Shown in pieces: positions 1 through 9,501 of a stretch of DNA of 31,879 bases; positions within the stretch are counted from its first letter, which is position 1, and each line of letters starts with the position of its first letter. This DNA is from Promethearchaeota archaeon (GTDB taxonomy: Archaea > Asgardarchaeota > Lokiarchaeia > Sigyniarchaeales > SOKP01), in assembly GCA_016926735.1 (NCBI GenBank), contig JAFGOA010000134.1, positions 1 through 31,879 of the forward strand, in the 5' to 3' direction. The notes under the pieces were generated by a model, which was given only the letters and a program-made list of their open reading frames with translations, was not told where the DNA came from and made no database searches. The position numbers and the translations under genes were made by a program.

Positions 1-254
1 TATTAATCCTTTTTTTTTAGTGAAAATATTTTTTTTTTTTTTTTAATTTTCTCTAGTCCAATTATTGTTAAATGATATTATAAAACTTGATCATAAAAGA
101 TAGTTTTTATTTATTTTCAGAGATTTTTCAATAATTTTTATACTTTTTATTAAAGGGAAATTGGATAAATAATTCTTAATTTAATTCAATAGCATAAATT
201 TTATTACAATTTATAAATTTAAAAGAATTAATAAAAGAACTTAGTGAATTGTGT

Positions 255-617
255 ATGGCTGTTAGATATGATCAAATAAGCGATGAATTAAAAAAAAAAA
301 TTGAAGAATATGAGACAATAAGACATAATTTGGATATTTTTATTAATCAAAGAATGCGTCTTGAATCTGTTCTTAAGGAGACTGAATTTGCGATCGTTGA
401 ATTAGAAGCTCTTGAACCAAATGAAATAGTGTATAAATCCATTGGAGGTATTTTAGTTAAAAGCAAACAAGATAAGCTATTAGGAGAGAAGAAGAGCGAA
501 AAAGTCAAATTAGATATGCAGATTAAAAATTTAAAACAGAAAGAAGAAAAAATTAGTAATCAAATGAAGACTATGAGTCAATCAATTCAATCTGAACTAA
601 AAAACCAATCATCATAG
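255..617 (+). CDS. pfdB: Prefoldin beta subunit
   Basis: Coiled coil - beta hairpin - coiled coil with 'ELEAL...VYKSIGGILVK' prefoldin-beta signature. ATG at 255 preferred over TTG at 249. Sits directly upstream of a DHH gene, a common archaeal arrangement. Confidence 0.92.
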   Translation: MAVRYDQISDELKKKIEEYETIRHNLDIFINQRMRLESVLKETEFAIVELEALEPNEIVYKSIGGILVKSKQDKLLGEKKSEKVKLDMQIKNLKQKEEKISNQMKTMSQSIQSELKNQSS

Positions 618-623
618 TCTCTA

Positions 624-1658
624 ATGTTAAAGAACAAAATTGATAATTTTCTTTATTTACTAAATAAGAAAAAAATTTTAATAATCTCTCATGATCTAGT
701 AGATCTAGATGGTTTTTCGTCAGTTATCGCATTAGAATTCATTTTACATCAATACTTAAGTGATATTGAGACACACTTGTATTTTAATGGATTTTCAAAT
801 AGTACAAATCTAATGATAGAAATAATAGAAAAGAAATATCCTAATTATAAAATAAATTATCTGAATTCCATTGATGATTTAAAAGTAGATTCAATTATTA
901 TATTAGATGCGAATAAACTTCATCAGGTTACACTACCGAAGCATTTAAAAGAAAATAATAATATTTCATATTTTTATATTGATCATCATTATACAGAAGA
1001 ATCTCAATTAGAACCCCATGATACAGAACAAAAAATAATTCTAGATAATTATAGTTCTACTGCAGAAATAGTTTATGAGATCTCTCAAGAATATAATATC
1101 TCATTTATAAAACAAATTAGATATTTTCTAATTGCAGGAATATTAACAGATTCAGGATATTTTCGATTTGGAAATAACAACACAATAAGAACTATTTCAA
1201 AGTTGCTCCAAAATGATATACATTATCAAGAAATTTTAAATATGTTGTCTAATAGAATAGATCTTTCTGAAAAAATTGCTCGAATTAAAGGAGCTCAGAG
1301 AATTGAATTGATAAGACAAAATAATTGGCTAATTGGAAGAACTTATGTAAGTAGTTTTGAAGCAAGTGTAGCAAATATACTATTAAAAATAGGTTTTGAT
1401 GTCGTAATAGTAATATCAGATAAAGATGATTTTTACCGTTTAAGTTTAAGAGCAAAAAAATCAATATGTTCTTCTACAGGATTACATTTAGGAAAAATTT
1501 TAGAAACAATATCAAAAGAATATAATGTGGAAGGAGGAGGTCATGATGGTGCTGCAGGTATTATTCTCAAAAAAGATTCCAAAAATATTATTGATATTAT
1601 AATAGAAAGAATAAAAGATGTTTTCTTGGAATATAATAAGAAAGAGTTTAATTCATAG
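624..1658 (+). CDS. DHH/DHHA1 family phosphoesterase (NrnA-like)
   Basis: Motifs SHDLVDLDG, LDAN, IDHH, SSTAE, GILTDSG and C-terminal GGGHDGAAG. Confidence 0.92.
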   Translation: MLKNKIDNFLYLLNKKKILIISHDLVDLDGFSSVIALEFILHQYLSDIETHLYFNGFSNSTNLMIEIIEKKYPNYKINYLNSIDDLKVDSIIILDANKLHQVTLPKHLKENNNISYFYIDHHYTEESQLEPHDTEQKIILDNYSSTAEIVYEISQEYNISFIKQIRYFLIAGILTDSGYFRFGNNNTIRTISKLLQNDIHYQEILNMLSNRIDLSEKIARIKGAQRIELIRQNNWLIGRTYVSSFEASVANILLKIGFDVVIVISDKDDFYRLSLRAKKSICSSTGLHLGKILETISKEYNVEGGGHDGAAGIILKKDSKNIIDIIIERIKDVFLEYNKKEFNS

Positions 1659-1691
1659 GAGTATATTAATAAGAAATATGGTAGTTTGTCT

Positions 1692-2345
1692 ATGATAAAA
1701 AAAGATTTTATATTTCAAAACTCACAGTTAAATTATTCGGTATTATTAACAAAAATTCAAATAGAAAAGAAAGAAAATAGCCTAGAAAAACTATTCCAAA
1801 TCATTGAGGATCTTCAGAATAAATATAACAATTCCATTATCCAGTTTTTTGATGATTTGTATATTTTGAATGAAAATCATATTTATAATTCTATTTATTA
1901 TACAAGAAAAGCTTATATGAATAAATTTTTAATATCTAATAAGCAAAGTATTGAATTATTATTATATTTCGCAGCAAAACGCCAAATCAAAAATGGTATA
2001 ACCTATTTTGGGATAAAAAAAGAAAATATAGATAGTGGGATTATTAATTTCTGTATTGTTTCAGATAAAGAGACACTTGAAAAAATCTATCAAGAATTTT
2101 CAAAAGTGATAAATTTTATAGAATTAAAACAGGATTATAACGAAAAAAGTGTTGATAAATATAATAGAATTAAAGAATTTTTTGATATTAATGAAAAACA
2201 AATTAAAGTAATTTTAAAAACTTTAGACATGAAATTAGATAGAGAAAAAATTGAAATCTCCAATCTCAACTTATTATATAACGTTCTAAATGAGTTAATA
2301 TGTGAAAAAATGGTTTTATTAAGCTTAGAAAAAACTAATTCTTAG
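1692..2345 (+). CDS. cgi121: KEOPS complex subunit Cgi121
   Basis: 'IQFFD...HIYNSIYYTRKAY....ISNKQSIELLLYFAAKRQIKNGITYFGIK' matches the Cgi121 core (E.LLY....RQI..AI...G). ATG at 1692 (TTG at 1686 possible). Confidence 0.85.
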   Translation: MIKKDFIFQNSQLNYSVLLTKIQIEKKENSLEKLFQIIEDLQNKYNNSIIQFFDDLYILNENHIYNSIYYTRKAYMNKFLISNKQSIELLLYFAAKRQIKNGITYFGIKKENIDSGIINFCIVSDKETLEKIYQEFSKVINFIELKQDYNEKSVDKYNRIKEFFDINEKQIKVILKTLDMKLDREKIEISNLNLLYNVLNELICEKMVLLSLEKTNS

Positions 2346-2880
2346 AATTTTTAATCATTAGCATTGAATTATTAGGTCTGATTATATCTTCTTGTTTTAA
2401 AAAGGAAATACCACAAATATTATCTAATACCTCTATGTGGATTATCTTGTCGGGATTTTCAAGATCGACTGGATTATCGATATTTTTCGCAATATTTTGC
2501 ATAAATCCTTCTCTTTTAATTAAGCTATTCTTTCTTCGATTTAGTATTATTCGAAAGGATTCATTCTTTTTTAGATATTTTGTGATATTTTTATCAATTG
2601 TACTTTTAATAATATTTAGATTGGTTTCACATAAGAATTGGATTGGAATTATTTTTAAAATATATTTATAAAAAAAAGGATCATTAGATAGGATTAATTT
2701 CATTTTCCTTATAAAATCGAACTCATTAATCGTTGTCAATGCTGTTATTAATCCTTGAAATTCTAAATCGGATATAATTGGATATGTATCCCCACATATT
2801 AGGAGAGAAAACCATAATTCTGCTTTTGCGTTTACTTCGTTATATCTAGGGGATGAAATTAATAAATTAAAATTATGCAT
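2335..2880 (-). CDS. Stand-alone THUMP-domain RNA-binding protein (Tan1/COG1818-like)
   Basis: 'ESFRIILNRR' and 'PVDLENPDKIIHIEVL' THUMP motifs; N-terminal 'FNLLISS' ferredoxin-like part; no catalytic domain. Confidence 0.88.
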   Translation of the reverse strand: MHNFNLLISSPRYNEVNAKAELWFSLLICGDTYPIISDLEFQGLITALTTINEFDFIRKMKLILSNDPFFYKYILKIIPIQFLCETNLNIIKSTIDKNITKYLKKNESFRIILNRRKNSLIKREGFMQNIAKNIDNPVDLENPDKIIHIEVLDNICGISFLKQEDIIRPNNSMLMIKNSKN

Positions 2881-2898
2881 TATAAATCCTCGATTTTC

Positions 2899-3558
2899 TC
2901 ATTTTAATAGTACTTCATTTATTTCTTCTTCAGATAATTTACCCTTTCTTAAAATCTGAATATCATTTTTAGTACAATCAACAATTGTAGTTGGGATTTT
3001 AGAAATTGTTTCTCCACCATCAATAATAAGATCAATTGGTTGAAGAAATTTATTTATTACTTCTTTTCCATTAATTGAAGGATTTTCTCCAGAATAATTT
3101 GCAGATGTACCAATAATTCCTCCAAAATATCCTCTTTTTTTTAATTCTCTTAAAATGAAAAGAATAATTTTATTTTCTGGTACCCTTAAACCAATAGTAT
3201 CTTCACTTCCACTGACTTCTGATGGAATAATATTTGGTGTTTTTTTATTTAAAATTAAAGTTAATTGCCCTGGCCAAAACTTTGACGCAAGTTTTTGAGC
3301 ATTTATATTGAATTCGGCGATTTTCATTGCTTCTTCATAATCAGATAATAATATTAAAAATCCTTTAGAATTATCTCTAAATTTTATATCATATAATTTA
3401 TTTACGACATTTAGATTTGTAGGATCTCCACCAAGTCCATAAACCGAGTTTGTTGGAAAAGCTAGTAGCTTACCTCCAACAATATTATCAATAATGATAT
3501 CAATAAATAAATTTAGGTCTTCGATTTTATCTTCTGTAATTTTAATTAAAAATCCCAT
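2899..3558 (-). CDS. tsaC: L-threonylcarbamoyladenylate synthase (TsaC/YrdC-type, no SUA5 C-terminal domain)
   Basis: AFPTNSVYGLG, KxR (KFR), FWPGQLT, GLRVP, TSANYSG, IDGG and PTTIVD motifs. Likely start is the ATG at 3558 (MGFLIK); the ORF track extends to 3645. Confidence 0.9.
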   Translation of the reverse strand: MGFLIKITEDKIEDLNLFIDIIIDNIVGGKLLAFPTNSVYGLGGDPTNLNVVNKLYDIKFRDNSKGFLILLSDYEEAMKIAEFNINAQKLASKFWPGQLTLILNKKTPNIIPSEVSGSEDTIGLRVPENKIILFILRELKKRGYFGGIIGTSANYSGENPSINGKEVINKFLQPIDLIIDGGETISKIPTTIVDCTKNDIQILRKGKLSEEEINEVLLK

Positions 3559-3653
3559 ATAATATGATATAAACAAGATATCCAAAAAATTTAATGCTTC
3601 TTTAGGATCGAAAATAAATTTTTGATATAAATTAGATAATTCCAAGAATTATG

Positions 3654-4397
3654 TTATTCTAAAAGTTTTTCAAGCCATTTTTTATTCTCTGATAAAAATT
3701 TATATATTTTTATATCACCAAAATCTCCTCGAAATTGATCTTTTTTCATTTTAATAACTCTTATTTTGGATTTGTTATCAGAGATTATTATATTTAATGC
3801 ATCAGTAAGTTCTAATTCACCTCTTTTAGAAAGAGAAGTCCTCTTAAGAATATTAAAGATTTTAGTGGATAGTATAAATATTCCACAGTTATTATAGAAA
3901 GTATATTCAATATTTTTAGGTGGTTTTTCGATCATTTTTACACAATAATTATTTTTATAATAAATAGCACATCCTTTTTGGAGATCTTCCATATAGTTGG
4001 CGACTAAAATAAATTCTTCATTCTCAATTTCAAAAGTTTTATAGACTTCTCTATATACGTTATATGGAACTAAAATATCACCCCATGTAAGAAAAAAATG
4101 GTTATTTTTAATCATATCTTCACATAATAAAACAGCTCCTCCTGTTCCATCTAATTTTTCTTGAATAACGTATTCAATATTTATTCCCCATTTACTTCCA
4201 TTGTTAAAATAGTCGATAATTTGTTCTTTAAGATATCCAACAACTAATATAAAATCTTTAATTCCCGCAAATTTTATTCCCTCTATAATATATTGAAGTA
4301 GAGGTTTTCCATATAAGGAAAGCATAACCTTTTGAGTATCATCTGTAAACGGTTTCATTCGTTTACCATATCCTGCACATAAAATAATAGCCTTCAA
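3654..4397 (-). CDS. Sugar-phosphate nucleotidyltransferase (NTP_transferase family)
   Basis: KAIILCAGYGKRMKP, Q....GTGGAV, WGD, EKP and RGELELTDA motifs; TTG start. Confidence 0.9.
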   Translation of the reverse strand: MKAIILCAGYGKRMKPFTDDTQKVMLSLYGKPLLQYIIEGIKFAGIKDFILVVGYLKEQIIDYFNNGSKWGINIEYVIQEKLDGTGGAVLLCEDMIKNNHFFLTWGDILVPYNVYREVYKTFEIENEEFILVANYMEDLQKGCAIYYKNNYCVKMIEKPPKNIEYTFYNNCGIFILSTKIFNILKRTSLSKRGELELTDALNIIISDNKSKIRVIKMKKDQFRGDFGDIKIYKFLSENKKWLEKLLE

Positions 4398-4603
4398 ACT
4401 AATCTAATATATACCGATTGATATTTTAATTTTAAGAATTAATACAATTTTATAATTGACTAATTTTGAATAGACACTATTGATTTATAATATGTTAGTA
4501 ATACATAATTTTTTACATTAGATCATTTCTATCAAATATATTCCGTTGAAAAGATATTTTCACCTAGTTTTTAAGATTCTATTATAATAAAATATTGAGA
4601 TAG

Positions 4604-5359
4604 ATGATCAGAGACGTTTTAGTTATAAAGGATGGATTACCCCTATTTTCTAAAAATATTTCTAATTCAAGAAATTTTATATCTGATCATAATAATTTAG
4701 TCTTAGTATCAGGATTCTTATCTGCCTTGAACTCCTTTTCAGAAGAATTCGAGGATTTGGGATCAATAAAAGAATTAAAACTTTCAAATTCGAATTTGAG
4801 ATTAGCTTTTTTAAAAAATAATACAATTCCAAATTTAATTTTTTTAGCTTCATTTGATGAAGAATCTAATAGTGTGAATGTCCAGAGATTTTTAAGAAAA
4901 ATGTCTTATACATTCCTCAAGAAATATAATATTACGCAAATTAATAATTGGGATGGAAGAGTAGATACTTTTAGCTCATTTATTAACATCGTAGATGATT
5001 ATATTGAAGATGAATCAAATGAAAATGATATCGATTTTAAAGAAAAAATTGTAGATTTATTTGAAGAAATAAGAGATAAATTGGATGATAAAGAAGAATA
5101 TCATAATAATAAGAGCCATATAAAAGAAAACTCAAATACTAATTCAAAATTCAATACTTTTATTCCAAAATTAAAAATATCAAAGAATCTTAACCTAGAT
5201 TACTATATATCAGGAAATCTATCAAAAAAAATAATTAAAATCATTAATGGAAAGAATTCTATAGAAAATATCTCTCAAGAACTCGAAATTCCTCAGATAA
5301 AAGTATATAATATATGTAAAAGTCTGGTAAAAATTGGTTTTATTATTTTAGAAAGCTGA
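4604..5359 (+). CDS. Longin-like domain protein with C-terminal winged HTH (NPRL2/3-like architecture)
   Basis: N-terminal 'VLVIKDGLPLF...LVSGFLSALNSFSEE' is typical of Asgard longin-like domains. C-terminal 'IIKIINGKNSIENISQELEIPQIKVYNICKSLVKIGFI' fits a wHTH. Confidence 0.65.
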   Translation: MIRDVLVIKDGLPLFSKNISNSRNFISDHNNLVLVSGFLSALNSFSEEFEDLGSIKELKLSNSNLRLAFLKNNTIPNLIFLASFDEESNSVNVQRFLRKMSYTFLKKYNITQINNWDGRVDTFSSFINIVDDYIEDESNENDIDFKEKIVDLFEEIRDKLDDKEEYHNNKSHIKENSNTNSKFNTFIPKLKISKNLNLDYYISGNLSKKIIKIINGKNSIENISQELEIPQIKVYNICKSLVKIGFIILES

Positions 5360-5401
5360 AAAAAATATAATAAAGAGGTAATTTTAAAAAGTTCCCTCTC
5401 T

Positions 5402-5683
5402 TTATTTTTTTTTTTTCCGTTCTGATTGTTTTATTTCTTCCTCTAAGTTTTTTAGTTCATTAGTATCTTTAGCTGTAAAGTTGAAAGTACCTTCAATTTT
5501 ACTCTCCTCTTTTTCACCAGAACTAGAAATTTTTTCAAATGAAATAGAAACAGGTATATCTTGTTTAAGACATAAATTTATAAAATTAATAAAACCTATA
5601 TGTTTACTTGGAGCTATATTGAATTTTAGTTCTATATCTTTACTTTTTTTTGTTTGAGCTTTTAATATTAATCGTAATTTCAT
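5402..5683 (-). CDS. Hypothetical small protein
   Basis: 93-aa ATG ORF filling an intergenic gap; co-oriented with ribK; no recognised motif. Confidence 0.7.
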   Translation of the reverse strand: MKLRLILKAQTKKSKDIELKFNIAPSKHIGFINFINLCLKQDIPVSISFEKISSSGEKEESKIEGTFNFTAKDTNELKNLEEEIKQSERKKKK

Positions 5684-5860
5684 TTTGTTTATAGTAATCT
5701 AAATTAGTTATAATATTTCCTAAATATTATATTATAAAAAAATTATTGGATATAATGGAAAATTCTAACAATATATTTCAATAAATCTTAAAAAAACTAA
5801 TTTTAAAAAGCTATTGTCTGCTAGTATAAAAGTATGGTTTACACATGCTTTTTTTTTTCT

Positions 5861-6577
5861 TTAATTTGCTTTAATTCTATTTAGTTTAATCATTAATTTA
5901 TCCCCATCTTTGAGACTAAAAAAATCTCTGAGATAATCATGAGCTAAGATCTCAATAATATTTTTTTTATGATGAGTTCTCTGAATATGTAAAATTGCTG
6001 CTTTAATTTTCTTATCTCTTTGGTCTAGAGGAGATACATATATATCATAACAAAAAACAGGACCATATTGTCTATTTTGATCTTCAAAACCATCAATTAT
6101 TATTGGATTGATTTTTTTTATTAATTCATTGAGGATTTTTAAATCAGTATCATTTAACTTTAAATTAAGGGTACCTTTATATGGTTCAAATCCCAATTTA
6201 TTTTTAAATTGATCAAAATATCCTTTTATAGCAACATAATATCCACCTTCCCCCATACCAGCTTTAACTTTACCTATAATTAAGATTTTTTCAAGGATAT
6301 CTTTTAAATTTTCATAGGTTTTAAATAAAATATTTATTCCTTTTTCAGTTATAACTATATGTTGAGTTTTTCCTTCAATTGTTCTTTCAATCCACCCCAA
6401 TTCTTCAAGATCATTTATTCTTCTACTAGCTGTTTGTTGACTTGCATTTAGAAACTTTCCAAATTCAAAACTATTTATTTTTAAAGACAACATATCTTCA
6501 GAATATTTTCCAAGGGTATAAAGAGCAAACCAATTTGCATACGTATCAGAAGATGGCTCTTCTTCATTATTCATCAT
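5861..6577 (-). CDS. ribK: CTP-dependent riboflavin kinase with N-terminal wHTH (RbkR-like)
   Basis: SQQTASRRI..LE..G.IER HTH, GMGEGGYY, LGFEPYKGTLN, RTHH, LRDFFSLKDGD. ATG at 6577 lies immediately after the ribL stop. Confidence 0.93.
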   Translation of the reverse strand: MMNNEEEPSSDTYANWFALYTLGKYSEDMLSLKINSFEFGKFLNASQQTASRRINDLEELGWIERTIEGKTQHIVITEKGINILFKTYENLKDILEKILIIGKVKAGMGEGGYYVAIKGYFDQFKNKLGFEPYKGTLNLKLNDTDLKILNELIKKINPIIIDGFEDQNRQYGPVFCYDIYVSPLDQRDKKIKAAILHIQRTHHKKNIIEILAHDYLRDFFSLKDGDKLMIKLNRIKAN

Positions 6578-6578
6578 T

Positions 6579-7025
6579 TTATTCATCTCTTTTATGAAAT
6601 TCATTAAGAATTTTTAATTTTATTTTACCTGAACTATTTAATTCATAATTATCATATACTTTGCTAAGTCTTTTTACAAGAATATGATTTAAGTTCCTAT
6701 TTTGTAGTTCATGTTTAAGCTCTTCTTCATTATAATTTTGAGTAGGCCCCAATAAAATTATATCAGGATTAATTTCTTCAACTATTTTCAGAGTATTAGT
6801 ATCATTTCGACCTAATCTTGCTTCCTTAACATTTTTAATATTTTTTATAAGTTCTAATCTTTGATTTTCAGGAACAATAGGTTTATAACCAGAATATTTG
6901 CTTCTATTTATGTCTGTTGCTACGACAACATAAACTTCCCCAAGTTTAGCAGCTTCATTTATAAAAAAAATATGACCTGGATGTAAAATATCAAAGGTTC
7001 CAGCAATCATTACTTTTTTTGTCAT
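6579..7025 (-). CDS. ribL: Archaeal FAD synthase (cytidylyltransferase family)
   Basis: GTFDILHPGH, VVATD, PDIILLG and SSGKIK motifs; adjacent to ribK. Confidence 0.85.
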   Translation of the reverse strand: MTKKVMIAGTFDILHPGHIFFINEAAKLGEVYVVVATDINRSKYSGYKPIVPENQRLELIKNIKNVKEARLGRNDTNTLKIVEEINPDIILLGPTQNYNEEELKHELQNRNLNHILVKRLSKVYDNYELNSSGKIKLKILNEFHKRDE

Positions 7026-7042
7026 TTTTTTCTCACTTTGAT

Positions 7043-8608
7043 TTAGTTTATAGTTTTATAGGATAATCCTACAAATACAGGTCCTCTTATATCAAATTTT
7101 TTTTGTTTAGATTGAATATATTCTAATATCCTATCATCAAGTTCAATATTTACTTCAGATCCTCTATAACACATTTTAACTCGATGTTCATAAGTATCTT
7201 TATTTTGATCAAGAAATATTTCAATATTATATGCCATTTCTGAAGCAATACCCTCGAGATACGTTATTCCAGTGTCAATAATCTTCTCATGTAAATCTAT
7301 TTTTTCAGGAGATATTCCTAGTACTGCACCGTCAGAAATATATACCTTATTTAAAGCAGCAGGTCCAAGAAGTTTCACATCTTTATCATTTTCCCAGATG
7401 GAAACTTCGATTTTCTTATTTTTAATGGTTCCTTCCCATACTTTTAATTCAATTGGAGATATTTTATCTTTATTTTCTTTAGCTGTCTTTATTATTGCAT
7501 TTTTAATTTCAATTCCTTTTTCAGTAAGCGGAATAAATTTATAATGAACACCTTTGCTGATTTCTTTGTCAGTAAAAGAAATATTTTCATAGTAATAAGG
7601 ATATACGAGTTTCCTAATATCATCAATTTCTGTTTTAATCATGCAAATTCTCTCGATACCAAATCCAATATTAAATACAGGATATTCAATATCATATTGA
7701 GCTAAACTTACAGGACTATAAAATCCGCCATCTCCTATTTCAATCCATTCTTTGCTTTTTGGATGTTCTACAAAAATTTCAAATTCAGTTTGAGGGGCAT
7801 AATATTTTGATGTAGCTTTCTTAATTTCAACCTTACTACTACTAAATCCTAACTGTTCACATAATTCAAGAGCAATTTTTTGACAATCTTCTAATGAGAT
7901 TGGTTCTGCCATAACAACTAAAGAAAGAGTATATGAATCATATAAATGAGTTGAATCTATCTTTTGTTCTCGTCTAAATTTTTTTGCTATTGAAAAATAT
8001 TGAAGTGGTAAAGGTTTTTTCTTTTTTAATTCACTTAAAACTTTAAACCAAAGAGCAGTAGTATGGCTTCTTAATGTTGTTTTAGTTGGAATTGGCTTTA
8101 AATCCTTTAATTCTGGAAAGATTTTATCAATTATCTCTGTTGCTTGATTTTCTTTTATTTTTAATCTCTCAACAAAAACTTCAATAAGATCATCTGCTTC
8201 GATTTCTCCTATTTTATATTCTCTAAAAATCTGCTTAAGTTCTTTTATTTTTTCAAAATTAGATATAATATTTTGTATTTTTTCTACCTTCTCATTTGAT
8301 ATACCTATATCTGGACGAGGTAAACCTGCTAAATAAAATAACCGATCCAAAATCAAAACTGCTTCAGGACCATATTGTTTGTAGATATCTTCTTCTTCAA
8401 CAAACATAGGTAATATTAGCTCTTCAAATCCAAGTTTGACAATTTTTTTTTTTGCATTGTCTATAAAATCAGAAACAGGATGAGATTTTCCCTTTTTTTG
8501 GAGATTAAAAAAATTCCCTTTTAATTTTAATAAATCTCTTGATTTTAACCATGCTTTTTCATAATTTTTTTTTGCTTCTCTTATAATATCTTTAATATCA
8601 AAAGGCAT
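7043..8608 (-). CDS. sepS: O-phosphoseryl-tRNA(Cys) synthetase (SepRS)
   Basis: GKSHPV, DIYKQYGPEAVLILDRLFYLAGLPRPDIG, LRSHTT, FRREQ, SKYYAPQTE, FYSPVSLAQYDI.YPVFNIGFGIER, LLGPA, DIRGPVF: all SepRS-characteristic blocks. Confidence 0.93.
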   Translation of the reverse strand: MPFDIKDIIREAKKNYEKAWLKSRDLLKLKGNFFNLQKKGKSHPVSDFIDNAKKKIVKLGFEELILPMFVEEEDIYKQYGPEAVLILDRLFYLAGLPRPDIGISNEKVEKIQNIISNFEKIKELKQIFREYKIGEIEADDLIEVFVERLKIKENQATEIIDKIFPELKDLKPIPTKTTLRSHTTALWFKVLSELKKKKPLPLQYFSIAKKFRREQKIDSTHLYDSYTLSLVVMAEPISLEDCQKIALELCEQLGFSSSKVEIKKATSKYYAPQTEFEIFVEHPKSKEWIEIGDGGFYSPVSLAQYDIEYPVFNIGFGIERICMIKTEIDDIRKLVYPYYYENISFTDKEISKGVHYKFIPLTEKGIEIKNAIIKTAKENKDKISPIELKVWEGTIKNKKIEVSIWENDKDVKLLGPAALNKVYISDGAVLGISPEKIDLHEKIIDTGITYLEGIASEMAYNIEIFLDQNKDTYEHRVKMCYRGSEVNIELDDRILEYIQSKQKKFDIRGPVFVGLSYKTIN

Positions 8609-8776
8609 TATTATTCAATTAGTCTGTTTTTTTATGAATATGTATAAATAAAATAATGAAGGTTCTCTATACATTTTAATGATAGAGAGAATTTTTGATT
8701 TTATTAGAATTTTTTTATGATACTTTTATAATTACGATTATACGAATTAATTCATAATATTTTCCTGACTATCTTT

Positions 8777-9394
8777 TTATTTATTATTTTTAGTTGATTC
8801 ATCTAATAAATCTATAAGTTTATTCATTTGAATAGAAAGAGTTATATCTCCACGAGTTCTTTCAATTATATTTCTAGCAACATCAGTCTTATGTCTTAAA
8901 TCCTTTGTCATTCCGCTTGGATAATCAAGTGAGAATAAATATGTATATAGTTCATCCATTTTATCTAATATATCTTCGAGATATTGTCTTTTAGATAATC
9001 TAATATTATCTAAGATATGTCTTCTTAATTCTCCAATTACATCTGCTAAACCAAGCACATAGTGTAAAGCATCAACTTCAAGATCTATATAGCTAGGAAT
9101 TGTATTTTTTTGTATAATGGAATATAATGCTACTGCTTCAACATATTCTTGTTCAGGAGTTTTAAGATGACGATAAAAGTGTCCAGAATTTGAACTAACA
9201 AGAGATTTTAAAACTTTTATTTCACTTTTAATTTTATCAATATTATCTTGATAGGTTGACTCATCCCCTCTATGAATTGATTTAATAGCAACACTACAAT
9301 CTCTAACTATATCTCTAGACTTTTTTAAGATCTCTTCACGATCTTCATCTAATTTATCTAAAATATTTATCAAATCTGAAAAAATATTTTTCAA
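8777..9394 (-). CDS. Translin/TRAX (C3PO-like) family protein
   Basis: 'DEDREEILKKSRDI', QEYVEA, YVLGLADVIGELRR and LRHKTD motifs; acidic catalytic residues retained; TTG start. Confidence 0.88.
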   Translation of the reverse strand: MKNIFSDLINILDKLDEDREEILKKSRDIVRDCSVAIKSIHRGDESTYQDNIDKIKSEIKVLKSLVSSNSGHFYRHLKTPEQEYVEAVALYSIIQKNTIPSYIDLEVDALHYVLGLADVIGELRRHILDNIRLSKRQYLEDILDKMDELYTYLFSLDYPSGMTKDLRHKTDVARNIIERTRGDITLSIQMNKLIDLLDESTKNNK

Positions 9395-9501
9395 AGAGTT
9401 TTCCTCACAATATTTTTAAATTTTTAGTAATTATTATTTTGGGTCATTAATATTATTAATTATCACAAAATTAAGAAAAAATTGGCCATAGTTGAAATAG
9501 T

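Noticed and set aside
1-50. Long poly-T tracts as a repeat element
   Set aside because: Homopolymer runs are frequent throughout this AT-rich window, and there is no flanking context to assign them as a terminator.
3559-3645. N-terminal extension of TsaC (and likewise ribK 6578-6604) in the ORF track
   Set aside because: Downstream ATGs give family-typical lengths, and for ribK avoid overlap with ribL.
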